Of a stretch of DNA of 32,000 bases, positions 16,744-27,900 are shown piece by piece. The stretch is from Candidatus Saccharimonadota bacterium (GTDB lineage Bacteria > Bacteroidota > Bacteroidia > Cytophagales > Amoebophilaceae), in NCBI RefSeq assembly GCF_936981045.1, contig NZ_OW441264.1, positions 570,001 to 602,000 of the forward strand. Direction: 5' to 3'. The position numbers were made by a program, and so were the translations under genes. The notes beneath the pieces were generated by a model that searched no databases, had not been told where the DNA came from, and was given only the letters and a program-made list of their open reading frames with translations. Positions within the stretch are counted from its first letter, which is position 1. Each line of letters opens with the position of its first letter.

Positions 16744-17463
16744 TTACTCGCACAACAAAGAAGCAAAGTTATAACCTATACCGATCGTTGCATGTTGCAC
16801 ATGCGCCTCTTTTAGGTGGTTCACAGTTTTTAATATAGCTTGGTCTTGATTTTTTTCTGTTTTAAATCTATTCATTAACCCGTGGCTATATTTAGCTTCA
16901 AGAGAGAGCCCAAAAGGGAACTCATATGCAACAGCACCAGCCAGAGCTATATCATAGCTTGGCTTTGGATCATTCTTAATGTCTTCCTCTTGACTACCTT
17001 CTTTACGAGTTGATTTCAATGGAAAGTAAGGATAGGCGCCTAGCATAATTTTTAAAATACCTTGTTCCTCTTCGCGACCAAGTGGATAGGCGCATAGATA
17101 AGGTCCAATAGCAATACTATGACTGGTCATACTAGCAGTATTGTTTTTCTCATCTTTGTTCTCTTTCTCTTTTGTCTTTCCTGTGAAAGTAATCTTTTGC
17201 ATCATATAACCACCCTCTAACCCAACACCGAAAATGTTTGTAAATGCATATTCACCATAGACGTGACCACCAAAAGTGCCATTACTAAAGAAATCACTCT
17301 CCGCTTGTTTATTATCAATCTTAGCCTTCTCACTATATCTTACAGCGGAAGAGACGCCTCCGTAACCCTTAACACCAAAACCCCACGGACTCACTTCTGC
17401 GTGTGCATTAAATGTAGCGCAAGCTAAAACGCCTGCCATCAAAGTTTTTTTAATTCCTTTCAT
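16744..17463 (-). CDS. Outer-membrane beta-barrel protein (OmpA-like/porin-type small barrel)
   Basis: Signal peptide MKGIKKTLMAGVLACATFNAHA, alternating beta-strand pattern, near-terminal IGIGYNF motif. Confidence 0.7.
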   Translation of the reverse strand: MKGIKKTLMAGVLACATFNAHAEVSPWGFGVKGYGGVSSAVRYSEKAKIDNKQAESDFFSNGTFGGHVYGEYAFTNIFGVGLEGGYMMQKITFTGKTKEKENKDEKNNTASMTSHSIAIGPYLCAYPLGREEEQGILKIMLGAYPYFPLKSTRKEGSQEEDIKNDPKPSYDIALAGAVAYEFPFGLSLEAKYSHGLMNRFKTEKNQDQAILKTVNHLKEAHVQHATIGIGYNFASLLCE

Positions 17464-17650
17464 AATATTATATTAAAAATTGTGTGTGTTATGAACTCCT
17501 TGATTATTACTTATTTATAACTTCTATTTATCATGCGCAAATAACCTGACCCCATTACAGGCCAATCCACCCCACTAAATGACTTAATAGCAGCAATATT
17601 AAAGCTAATCTTTTAAAAAAGCAAATAAATATTTCATATTCTTTATTTTT

Positions 17651-18319
17651 TTATTTTTCTTGAAACTGGCTTAAATAATAAGGTGTATAGCTGGCAATAT
17701 TTTCCCAAAGCTGTTGTTGAAACTTCGCAAAAGCTAAATAGCCTATTTGTATAGCAGAAGGGACTACCTGCTCTATGAAATGGATATTCTGGTGTTCCAT
17801 AAGGAGTGTTTTACATTTTAGCACACCATCTCCAAAAAAGAGTAAAGGCCCGCCCGGAAGTGCATCTCTATATACCTTACTATCCAATAGCGCCACATGG
17901 GTGGAGCGTTTGATCTGGCCTGATTGGTCAGCTATAAGGGTATAAATAGCATTTCGCCTCGCGTCAATGGCCGGACATAATAAGGTATCCCCATTAACAA
18001 ATGGGCGCATGCCATATGCCATGGCTTCTAGCGTGCCAACCGAAATCAGTGGAATGTCTAATCCATAACACAACCCTTTTCCCACTGCGGTGCCAATCCG
18101 TAACCCAGTGAAAGAACCAGGACCGCTAGAGATGGCTATAGCGGCCAACGATTTGCGATCATAATGGCTATTTTTTAATAAATCTTCTATAATGGGCATC
18201 AGGTATTCCGAATGGGAACGATCTATTAAAAGTTCGGTATGCGTTATAAGTTTACCGGCGTGATGTAATGCAACGGAACAAGCAGCTGTGGCCGTTTCAA
18301 TGCTTAAAATAAGGGACAT
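17651..18319 (-). CDS. tsaB: tRNA t6A37 threonylcarbamoyl transferase complex protein TsaB (YeaZ)
   Basis: ILSIETATAACSVAL, AISSGPGSFTGLRIG, and a length of 222 aa are typical of TsaB. Confidence 0.85.
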   Translation of the reverse strand: MSLILSIETATAACSVALHHAGKLITHTELLIDRSHSEYLMPIIEDLLKNSHYDRKSLAAIAISSGPGSFTGLRIGTAVGKGLCYGLDIPLISVGTLEAMAYGMRPFVNGDTLLCPAIDARRNAIYTLIADQSGQIKRSTHVALLDSKVYRDALPGGPLLFFGDGVLKCKTLLMEHQNIHFIEQVVPSAIQIGYLAFAKFQQQLWENIASYTPYYLSQFQEK

Positions 18320-18383
18320 ACAGGCACATTTGGCTAAGGATAATAAATCTTACACAATGTATAACCATACAACTGCTCTTGAC

Positions 18384-19292
18384 TTATTTCCATGCTTTGC
18401 TATGGGTATGACAAAGAAAACTACTGATCAGATCAAAATACAACATAGGCAAGGTGCCACTCTTTTTAAAAACATATGCATTTGCGTTTAAGAAGTTGAT
18501 CTTAGTTTTTAATGTAGTCCTTGGAATATATGCTTTTAACTGACGATAAGCCAATGATCTTTTTTCAATTAATCCACCGACTAGTAATGCACAAGAGGTG
18601 CGTTCTAAGTGCATAACCTGGATTACAGCCGATAGATAGCTTAAAAAATCATCGGATGTATTATATGTAAAAAGATTACAATAAAGTAATTTTCTTTTGT
18701 TATGGACAATTATATAGAAATAGTCCTCTGCCAACCAGACAAATAATTTTGGTTTAGGTAAGCACTCTATCTGGTATCCTTCTATAATTGCATTAGCCTG
18801 ATGGATAATATGAAAATTACTACCTGTATAACGTTTTCTAAACCAGTCCAATACAGCAGCATTTTCTGAAAAGACAACGGACACTTTTGCTAATGCATGG
18901 GTAAAAGAGATGACTTCATCATTTGGATCTACGCCACAAGCCACATGCATATAGGCAAATAAATCCTTTGTACTGAGCAACAAATGCGGCAAAAGCGTAA
19001 ACTTTTGATTTGAAATAGATAAAGTAACAGAACTCCAATTCTTTTTAATTAGAAAAAAATCTTGATTATAAAATTGCTCCAAACTCCTGATATAGCTTGG
19101 GTGGTTTTTATCGAGAGGAAGTGCATATACACCCAGTAATAAGCATTCTTGAGTCGTCCGTTCTATACAACATACTTTAATCAAACCATGGCCTATATGA
19201 ATGGACAAGTGGTAATTGATACTTTTATCGAAGTTGAATTTGCTTGGATGAATAACAGAAAGAATTTTTTTTGGGAAGACTTCCATAATCAA
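18384..19292 (-). CDS. Conserved hypothetical protein (possibly DUF3822-like, Bacteroidota)
   Basis: Long uninterrupted 302-aa ORF in a coding-dense housekeeping block. The LSIHIG..GLIKVCCIE segment is reminiscent of DUF3822. The family assignment is tentative. Confidence 0.55.
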   Translation of the reverse strand: MIMEVFPKKILSVIHPSKFNFDKSINYHLSIHIGHGLIKVCCIERTTQECLLLGVYALPLDKNHPSYIRSLEQFYNQDFFLIKKNWSSVTLSISNQKFTLLPHLLLSTKDLFAYMHVACGVDPNDEVISFTHALAKVSVVFSENAAVLDWFRKRYTGSNFHIIHQANAIIEGYQIECLPKPKLFVWLAEDYFYIIVHNKRKLLYCNLFTYNTSDDFLSYLSAVIQVMHLERTSCALLVGGLIEKRSLAYRQLKAYIPRTTLKTKINFLNANAYVFKKSGTLPMLYFDLISSFLCHTHSKAWK

Positions 19293-19599
19293 TCTTTATA
19301 TGAGCTATCGTTACTTACATAAAAATATGTAATGAGGCTCCTGCAAAACCCGTTTACTGCTTTGGTATGGCCTAGTGGTTGAATTTTTGATGTAACTTGT
19401 GGTGATATTAACGATCTGGTTGTTGGACACTTACCCTGTTTTACAATGGTTTCCTATCAGTATTGCTATTTTGCTTGCTATAATGGTGCATCCAAAATGT
19501 CTACCTATGTAGCTAAATTTTTTACTTCACGTTTACCTAATATAGGGGTTTTTACTTAACTTTAAATAAAATCAAATTACTTAGTTTCTTGTTTGTAGT

Positions 19600-19953
19600 A
19601 TGAAAAAAATAGCTACTATTCTTTTAGCATCATCGCTATTATATAAGGTAAGCACATCGGTATTTACAACTGACTCTGCCAATCACCCACCCACTACTAT
19701 AATCCAAGAAGAAATTTTCATCAATGTGATAAGAGATCTAGAACTACTCAATAGTTGGTTGCTAAATAGCTATTATCGTCAAGAAACTATAGATAGATTA
19801 CGTTATCAAAACCATCAAAAGATATTGGCATCATATAAGGTGGATCCGCAAGCGTTTAAAGAAAGTGTACAATATTATTTAGAAGATTCTTTGGAAAGGG
19901 GACTTAAAGTATATGAACAAGTTTGTTTAGCTTTAGAAGCGCTCTCTATTTAG
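19600..19953 (+). CDS. Small secreted/lipoprotein-like hypothetical protein (DUF4296-like)
   Basis: N-terminal signal sequence MKKIATILLASSLL. The C-terminal ..QAFKESVQYYLED...VYEQV.. pattern recalls DUF4296. Tentative. Confidence 0.5.
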   Translation: MKKIATILLASSLLYKVSTSVFTTDSANHPPTTIIQEEIFINVIRDLELLNSWLLNSYYRQETIDRLRYQNHQKILASYKVDPQAFKESVQYYLEDSLERGLKVYEQVCLALEALSI

Positions 19954-19985
19954 TTTTTAATTTTTTGATATATGCTCATTTCGAT

Positions 19986-20156
19986 TTATTGAGCGGTTTT
20001 CGGCTCGATTTTGACTTGTTTAATAAAAGCGCGTTTATGTTGTATAAGCTTGTGTGCCAGCTCTAAAAGCTTCTTCATACAAGCCATAATTGCCACTTTT
20101 TTAGGTTTATACTTACCTACTAGTCTATCATAGACTGTTTTTAAGTATCGAAATCG
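19986..20156 (-). pseudogene. IS110-family transposase, C-terminal fragment only
   Basis: The minus-strand translation ..RFRYLKTVYDRLVGKYKPKKVAIMACMKKLLELAHKLIQHKRAF.. matches the conserved IS110 C-terminus. It is cut by the left end of an IS256 type-2 element. Confidence 0.65.
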
Positions 20157-20195
20157 GGTCTTTTGTTTTAAGTGTATAAATATTTTTTAGGATTT

Positions 20196-21472
20196 GAGGC
20201 CGTTGTGATAGATTTCTATTATAATATTTTTAGGGTTGTTTAGACTGATTTTTGGTATTAAAGTGGTATTAATTTTATTATTTATTGATTTTCATGTACT
20301 TTTATTGCATTTTAGACAGACCATTCCCCTAAAGACCTCTTAATATGATATTTGGCGACCTGTATAAGTTATAGGCTATTGCTTCGATAACGTGTTGCGT
20401 ATGAGTTTTAGCAAGTCCTATGTAGCGAGCTCCTGAGCTTCGGAACCAACTTTTAATACTTCCAAATACACGTTCTACTTTATACCTGGTTTTAGCTACC
20501 AATGTATTAAACCGTTTAGCAGTAGGTGATAAAGGATTATTTCTAGTAGCTTTCTTCTGAATAGCTGATTTTAAGGCTTTATTCTTTAATAAGGTTTCAT
20601 TAGGTGATCCGCTATAGCCCTTATCTGCATATAGCCTACTACCTACTTTTAGCTCTACTTTATCCAATAAGACTTGTAAATGAGCACTATCATGACTAGA
20701 TGCTTTTGTGGTACTGACTGCTAGGACTAAGCCTTCTTTACTTTCCACAAGGATGTGACGCTTATACCCATAGTAGAGATTATCTCCTTTTTTTGTCCAA
20801 CTCGCTTCTGGATCTACACCTTTTTGATAACTTTCGGCTACAGTTATAGTGCCATCTTCATGGAGATCATAGCTTTTTTTACCTTTAGGGCGCCTAGGGG
20901 TAGGCGTAATAGAGGCATCAACAACTGCACCATGTTGAACTAATACACCATGACTAGATAGTTGATCGTTAATTATTTTCAATAACCTTTCTAGGACCTG
21001 CTTCTCCGTAAGCGCAGTCCTAAACCTGCTTAATACGCTATGATCTGGAACAGAACTATCCATGGAAATACGACAAAATCTGCTGAAAGTGATACGATCA
21101 TTTACTTCTTCTTCTACTTGATAGTCACTCAGAGCATACCATGTTTGAAGCAACAGCATTTTAAATAAAAGAAGCGGGCTATAAGCTGCCTTTCCTGATA
21201 AACACAAACCTTTAGGATAATACAAGAAAAGTTCTTTTTCTATTACTTGCCAAGTAATCAACTTATTAAGCTGATCGAAAAAAGTATGCTTACACTTACG
21301 TCGACTGGCTGAAATATCTGCAAAACTTAATTGATTATTTGTTTTGATGGCCATAACAATACTATTAAAAAGCTTAAGTTTAAACGATTAAAGAATCAAC
21401 CTAATTTAACCATTGTATAACACTAAAAGTCACTTTTTATAACAAAGCTTAAAACTCTATTGCAACAACCTC
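20196..21472 (-). mobile_element. IS5-family element, apparently intact
   Basis: Ends GAGGCCGTTGTGATAGAT and (reverse complement) GAGGTTGTTGCAATAGAG. Flanked by GATTT on both sides, while the uninterrupted target in copy B has GATTT once. Confidence 0.8.
20329..21354 (-). CDS. IS5-family DDE transposase (intact)
   Basis: 341 aa. InsH-like N-terminal domain (YSPLLLFKMLLLQTWYALSDYQVEEEVNDRITFSRFC), then the DDE region (VVDASI..YGYKRHILV..ADKGYSG). Confidence 0.9.
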   Translation of the reverse strand: MAIKTNNQLSFADISASRRKCKHTFFDQLNKLITWQVIEKELFLYYPKGLCLSGKAAYSPLLLFKMLLLQTWYALSDYQVEEEVNDRITFSRFCRISMDSSVPDHSVLSRFRTALTEKQVLERLLKIINDQLSSHGVLVQHGAVVDASITPTPRRPKGKKSYDLHEDGTITVAESYQKGVDPEASWTKKGDNLYYGYKRHILVESKEGLVLAVSTTKASSHDSAHLQVLLDKVELKVGSRLYADKGYSGSPNETLLKNKALKSAIQKKATRNNPLSPTAKRFNTLVAKTRYKVERVFGSIKSWFRSSGARYIGLAKTHTQHVIEAIAYNLYRSPNIILRGL

Positions 21473-21507
21473 GATTTATGTTTACCTAAATCATAACACT
21501 TAAAACA

Positions 21508-22404
21508 ATGAAAAGAAAAGAGACAGTTAAAGATGGGATAAGCAAGGCCATAGATGTACTGATAGAATCAGGTGTAGACCTTTCCAGACTTTTTGATCAA
21601 GACGGCTTACTCAAACAATTAAGTAAGCGTCTTGTAGAAAAAGCATTACAGTCAGAAATGGATGACCATTTAGGTTATAATAAGTATGCACGTAGTGATT
21701 CAGAGAATGTACGTAATGGATTATGCAGTAAGCAAGTTATTACTGATAATGGCGTTATATCGGTTGAAGTACCCAGAGGTAGAGCATCGACTTTTGAACC
21801 TATTTTATTGCCTAAGCGTCAAACAAGAATTTCTGTAAGATCTTATCTTTATATGCTAAAGGTATGAGTCTGTCAGATATTCAGATTCAAATACAGGAAT
21901 TATATGGCGCAGAAGTAAGTGAAAGCCTGATAAGTAACATCATAGACTCTGTTATTGAAGATGTTAAGATATGGCAAAATCGTCCCTTAGAATCAGTCTA
22001 TTCTATTGTTTTTTTTGATTGCTTTGTAGTTAAAGTTAGACAAGATAAGCGCATCATCAACAAGGCAGTCTATGTCGCTTTAGGTATAGATAGATCTGGC
22101 ATAAAGGATGTTTTAGGGCTTTGGATGAGTGAAAATGAAGGGGCTAAATTTTGGTTAGGCAATTTAACAGAACTCAAAAATCGGGGTATGAACGATATGC
22201 TCATTGCATGTACAGATAATTTGTCAGGCATGTCTGAGGCCATTTCTGCTGTATACCCAAAAACGGAACATCAGCTCTGTATTGTTCATGCAATTAGGGG
22301 TAGTTTGCAGTATGTTTCTTATAAACATAGAAAGGTATTAGTTGCTGATTTAAAACCAATTTATACAGCAGTTACCGAGCAAGAAGCATTGATGGCCTTA
22401 GAAA
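21508..22404 (+). pseudogene. IS256-family type-2 transposase, frameshifted and 3'-truncated
   Basis: Split ORFs 21508-21867 and 21864-22487. About 10 nt are missing near 21835 relative to copy B (..RQTRIPSLDDKILSLYAKG..). Confidence 0.8.
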
Positions 22405-23751
22405 GGAAGTGTTCTATAAACTGTGTCACATCTCCTGTTCATCTCAACGTCTCTTTTAATCTACCGGGAAAAAAGACGTCTATCTGAGATATGGTCAACG
22501 CCCAGTTTCGCAGTGGCATAGTCCATTTATCCTCGATCTTCTTTATGGCACAATATACTAATTTATACAAAGCATTTATACTGGTAAACGCTCCTTTTGT
22601 CTTGGTAAACTTCCTAATCTGCCTATGCAAGCTTTCTATAGGATTGGTGGTATAAATTAGCCTTCTGACAGGATCTGAATACTTAAAATAACCAGACAAA
22701 TGTTCCCAATTATTTTGCCAAGATTTGGTAACCATTGGATACTTCCCCCCCTATTTTTCTTCTAATTCCAATAGATAATGCTCAGCAACTTCCTTACTTG
22801 AAGCTTGATATATTTGCTTTAAATCAGTTAAAAAACGTTTTACGTCTTTGCTAGCTACATACTTGAGTGAGTTTCGTATCTGATGTACTACACAGACCTG
22901 CACTTGTGCATTAGGGAAAACGCTATTTATGGCTGAAGGAAAGCTTTTTAGGCCATCAACACAGGCAATAAGGATATCTTCTACACCTCTTTCCTTAAGC
23001 TCGTTAAGTACACCCAACCAGAAGTTAGCCCACTCACTTTCAGACAAATAAAATCCCAATACTTCTTTTTTACCCTCTTGATCTATGCCTAATAAGGTAT
23101 ACATGCATTTGCTTACACATCTGCCATCTTCTTTTACCTTAAAAAATATCCCATCCATGAAAACTATCGGATAAACTGATTGAAGAGGGCGGTTACGCCA
23201 TTCATTTATTATCGGTAACAAGCTATCTGTAATAGATGATATTTCAGCAGCTGATACTTTATGATCATAGATCTCTTCAACATGAACGGCTATAGATTTA
23301 TAGCTCATACCACTAGAAAACATGCTTAAGATCTTGCTTTCCAGCTCAGGATGTAGGCTTGTTTGACGCTTTTTAACTATTTGTGGATCGAAACTACCTG
23401 TCCTATCCCTAGGAGTTAGCAGATCAAAGGAACCAGAACTTGTACGTAAAGTTTTAGAGCTTTTGCCATTTCTTCTATTATTTTCTGTTGAATCACTAGA
23501 TAAATGGTGTGCCATTTCACCTTCTAGACTTGCCTCTAGAAGCTTTTTTATCAGAGGCGTTAAAGCACCACCTTTTCCTGTTAAAGGCTTACCTAAACGG
23601 ATAGAGCACAAAATATTTTCCTACAGAAATTTGTAATCTACTAAACCAACATAGGAATTGTTCTTATTTTCTTCCATGTCTAAAACCTTTAATGTTTATT
23701 TAATTAATTTATAACTTTTTATCGCCTTGACACAGTTTATAGAACACTTCC
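22405..23751 (-). mobile_element. IS256-family element, type 1, second copy
   Basis: Both TIRs are present (GGAAGTGTTCTATAAACTGTGTCA at each end in inverted orientation). Collinear with 2436-3778. Confidence 0.85.
22439..23677 (-). pseudogene. IS256-family type-1 transposase, nonsense mutation plus frameshift
   Basis: TAG replaces GAG at 23621-23623 (minus strand). The homopolymer is 7 nt (22745-22751) versus 8 nt in the other copy, splitting the ORF into 22751-23611 and 22439-22735. Confidence 0.85.
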
Positions 23752-23928
23752 TATACGGCATAAACTTTATGAGAAATTCATCAACAGCATAATATATTTC
23801 AACTAATTTTTCTACATTCATAACTGGCTCCTTTGGATAATCTGGTTAGTATTTTTTTATCTCCAAATTTAAAACACAAAGAAGCTTTTTAAAGCTATTT
23901 TTTAACAAGCTAATCCCGAACTCAGGTT
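23752..23928 (-). mobile_element. IS982-family left-end fragment
   Basis: Reverse complement of the first ~177 bp of IS982 (TIR to codon ~Y in MPYME). Cut by IS256 type 1. Confidence 0.85.
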
Positions 23929-23932
23929 TATA

Positions 23933-24173
23933 ACGTGAGTTCGGGATTTATTTGACTGATTTACAACAATTTAATATCAATTATTTAGTTAATATTTGCA
24001 CCTATTTAACAAGTTTTTATATCTAATTTTATAAATATAATATATATAATAAACTGATTACCAGAATTATTTGTTATTCAACTACCTATTTAACTGTCTA
24101 ATAAAACAAATTTTATAAATTTTCATTGATATTGATTATCAAATGAAAAAATAATCTAATCCCGAACTCACGT
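23933..24173 (+). mobile_element. MITE (type 1), copy 3, without matching flanking duplication
   Basis: Same termini and interior as the other copies. The flanks differ: TTATA on the left, TATTA on the right. Confidence 0.85.
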
Positions 24174-24554
24174 TATTAGATTAAATTGTGTACCAATCTG
24201 GAATGCGATTTGGGAAAAAAGTTTGGTTGGACTATATTCCGCAATGGCGTCTAGACAACGCCCTAAAGCGTCGTCATTAAACATTTCTGCTGTAATATCA
24301 GGCCTAAATAACTTATCTACAAGTTTATTAGATAAGAATTCTGGAAACATATAAAGTCGATCATCCATAAATTCTAGCCCATTGAGTATCATGGCAGTGA
24401 CCCGCTCTCCCATCTTTACTTTAGCTCCTTTTTCTTGTGAGACTGGAAGGCATTCATCTATTTTTTGGATCAATCCAATTTTATCTATTACACTGGAAAT
24501 TAATCCTAAATAATCTAGGACTAAGCTGCCTATAATTTGTTCTTCTTTTAACAT
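24168..24554 (-). pseudogene. IS1634-family (IS4-superfamily) transposase, N-terminal DUF4277-like fragment
   Basis: LDYLGLISSVIDKIGLIQKIDECL..ERVTAMILNGL..RLYMFPEF..FNDDALGRCLDAI matches the N-terminal domain pattern of IS1634-type transposases. The reading frame runs into the MITE terminus. Confidence 0.6.
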
Positions 24555-24561
24555 TCGAATA

Positions 24562-24801
24562 ACGTGAGTTCGGGATTTATTTGACTGATTTACAACAATT
24601 TAATATCAATTATTTAGTTAATATTTGCACCTATTTAACAAGTTTTTATATCTAATTTTATAAATATAATATATATAATAAAATGATTATCAGAATTATT
24701 TGTTATTCAACTACCTATTTAACTGTCTATAAAACAAATTTTATAAATTTTTATTAATATTGATTATCAAATGAAAAAATAATCTAATCCCGAACTCACG
24801 T
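24562..24801 (+). mobile_element. MITE (type 1), copy 4
   Basis: Flanked by GAATA on both sides. Inserted 7 nt upstream of the IS1634-like start codon. Confidence 0.85.
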
Positions 24802-24948
24802 GAATACATTAGTAAGCTAATGACAGAAAAATTCAATCCAATTAATTTACAAAAGATTAAATTAAAATTTATCTATGATCCTGGTGCGGAATATGAGCAC
24901 AGGGTGAAGTTTTTCTGTTTTTTCATAACATTGTCATAAAATCAATTG

Positions 24949-27900
24949 TTAAGGAGCTCCTATAGTAGCCAGTAGCTCCTTTGCCGCAAGGACACTATGG
25001 ATTTTTCCAGTAATGGTAAGTATTAAGTTTTGCCCCATTCTTTTTAGTTGACAACAAGCGGGGTGTTGTTGCATATAGCGCATGATGTTATTCCACATGT
25101 CCAAATTTCTTTTTTGAAAATCAGCGCTTAGGTAGCAGTGTAAACGTTGGCTTTTAAATGAAATTTTTTGAAACCCAATCCGTTCTGATTCCCATCGGAG
25201 TTGTACTGTTTCCAATAGGGTTTCTGTAGCAGTAGGTAATGAACCAAACCTGTCTATTAACTCTTCTTTAAAACGTGTGAGTTGGTTGATATTTTTAAGC
25301 GCATTGAGCCTGGTGTAAAGCGTCATCCGCTGCGCTGTACTTTGTACATATTCAGATGGTAAAAGCGCTTCACAATCTGTTTCAATAGAACACGCATTGC
25401 AGAGCGTTCTAGCTTCAAACAATGTTTTAAAATCGGTATGTTTTACCTCGTCTACAGCCTCCTCTAATATTTTACAATAGGTCTCAAAGCCAATATCCGA
25501 TATAAATCCACTTTGCGATGCCCCCAGTAGATCACCCACACCACGTATGTCTAAATCTCGCATAGCAAGTTTAAAGCCATCTCCTAATGCTGAACACTCT
25601 TCTAATGCAGCCAGTCTTAGCTTGGCTTCTGGCGTAAGGGTTATATTTTCTGGAATCAATAGGTAGCAAAAAGCTTGCACATTGGAGCGTCCCACTCTTC
25701 CACGCATTTGATGCAAATCAGAAAGCCCCAAAAGATGGCTATCATTGACAATAATGGTATTCACATTGGGCATATCCATTCCAGATTCTATGATGCTAGT
25801 TGCGACCAGTATATCGTAGCGACCTACTATAAACTGCAATATTTTTTCCTCTAGCATAGATCCGGCCATTTGACCATGCGCTACACAGATTCGTGCTGTG
25901 GGCAGTAAGTCTGATAGATTTTGTGCGATGGCATTGATATTGCTTACCTTATTGTGCACAAAAAAGACTTGTCCCTCACGAGCGATTTCATCTTCTATGG
26001 CTTCTTTAATGAGCTTATCATCAAAGCGATGCAACTTTGTTTGGATAGGCAGTCTATTGGTAGGGGGAGTAGTCAGAATACTTAAATCCCTTGCACCCAT
26101 CAGGGAAAAATGGAGGGTTCGTGGAATAGGCGTAGCGGTTAAGGTGAGTGTATCTACATTCAAACGCATCTTTTTCAATCTTTCTTTGGCACTTACACCA
26201 AATTTCTGTTCTTCATCGATAATCAGCAGACCTAAATCTTTAAACTTAACACCATTGGACAGTAGTTTATGTGTACCAATTAGAATATCCACCTTTCCAG
26301 AAGCCGTATCGGCAAGCGTTTGCTCGATTTCTTGTTTGGTTTTAAATCGATTGATATAACTAACATGAATCGGTAAGTTAGCGAGCCTATTGATAAAAGA
26401 GTTGTAGTGTTGTAGTGCTAAAATAGTAGTAGGCACTAGTACAGCTGCTTGTTTGCCATGTGCTGCTGCTTTAAAAGCTGCACGAATGGCTATTTCTGTT
26501 TTGCCAAATCCCACATCTCCACAAACCAGTCGATCCATGGGGGTAGGGCGTTGCATATCTGCTTTAATAGAGGCAATAGCCATAGCTTGGTCTGGGGTTT
26601 CCTCATAACAGAAAGAAGCGGCTAACTTTGCATCTAGTAGCGTATCTTCCCCAAAAGCAAACCCTTTCGTTTTTTTACGTTCTGCATAGAGGGTAATCAG
26701 TTCTTTAGCAATGTCTTTGATCTGTTTTTTAATGCTATCTTTTTTACGTTTCCAGGCAGATGTGCCTAAGGTATGCATGCTAGGCGTTGTGCCATCTTTG
26801 CTCGTATATTTGCTGATTTTGTATAATTCGTGTACGTTTACGTACACCATGTCGTTGTTTTTATAGATCAGTCGAATGGCTTCTTGCTTTTCGCCATTGA
26901 TATGTAAGGAATGTAATCCAGAAAATCGGCCAACGCCATGGTCACTATGCACCACATAATCGCCAATTTCTAGTTTTTGACATGCATCGGCAAGTAAGGT
27001 TTCCGTCGTGGAATGTCGTTTGGGCAGTTGGTATCTATAGTATCTATTAAAAATTTGATGATCACTATAGCAGACTATTTTAGCTGTATGATCTATGTAA
27101 CCTTCCCGTAAACTCACCAGCAATGGCGTAAAAGTTGTTTTGCGCACTTGGGCTTCTAAAATGGTAGTCAATCGTGCAAATTGCCCTGTAGCAGTAGCCG
27201 TAATATATATATCATAGTTCTGCTGATTTCTTTTGTAGAGATCATCCGCTAGAAAGGTAAAGTTTTGTTGAAAACAAGGCTGTTTTTCAGCATTATATGA
27301 TATTACGAGGTCGCTATCTGAAACCATAGATGGCTCTGGCCCAAATAGAATTTGATGAAAGGGCACAATGGATGCCATAAAGCTTTGCATAGTCTCTAGA
27401 GGACGGGTAGCGGTTGATGCAGTATTTTTCAATTCCTCTAAAATCTTTTTTTTATTTTTTAGCCAAATACAACTGCCTGTTGGTAGGCAAGCTGCAAAGG
27501 AGGTATAGACCAACTGTTTTTCAGCTGCTGTTTCGTGATTGGCTAAAATAATTGCCACATTTGTCTTTTTAAAAGACTTTTGGTCTTTAGGGTCGAAAAT
27601 ACGGATGGTGGAAACTTGATCACCCCATAGTTCTATTCGGTAGGGAGAAGGTTGGTTCATCGTATAAACATCAATAATGCCGCCCCGTATGGCAAACTGA
27701 CCTGCGCTATAGACAAAATCTACTTTTGTAAAGCCTTTTTGCCCAAGCATGTTTTCCAATGTTTGGATCGATAGCGTTTGGCCTACATCTATCCTGTAAT
27801 GCATAGTGGCAACCAGGGATGGATCCAAGATCTTTTCTAAAAGTGCCGTTATATGGGTGACTACCAATGGAGCAGATTGGTTTTCGCTTATGGCGTGTAT

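Larger units (their letters stand above)
20158..22404 (+). mobile_element. IS256-family element, type 2, copy A (IS5 inserted near its left end, 3' part replaced by IS256 type 1)
   Basis: Left end G(G)TCTTTTGTTTTAAGTGTATAAATATTTTTTAGGATTT. After the IS5 insert it is collinear with copy B (30291-31865) up to ..GATGGCCTTAGAA. Confidence 0.8.

Noticed and set aside
25898-26359. 153-aa plus-strand ORF (and 27956-28255 on the minus strand in another frame) within the mfd region.
   Set aside because: Both are fully embedded in the strongly supported 1087-aa Mfd reading frame, have low-complexity Ser/Cys/Arg-rich translations, and show no recognisable motifs. They are shadow ORFs.
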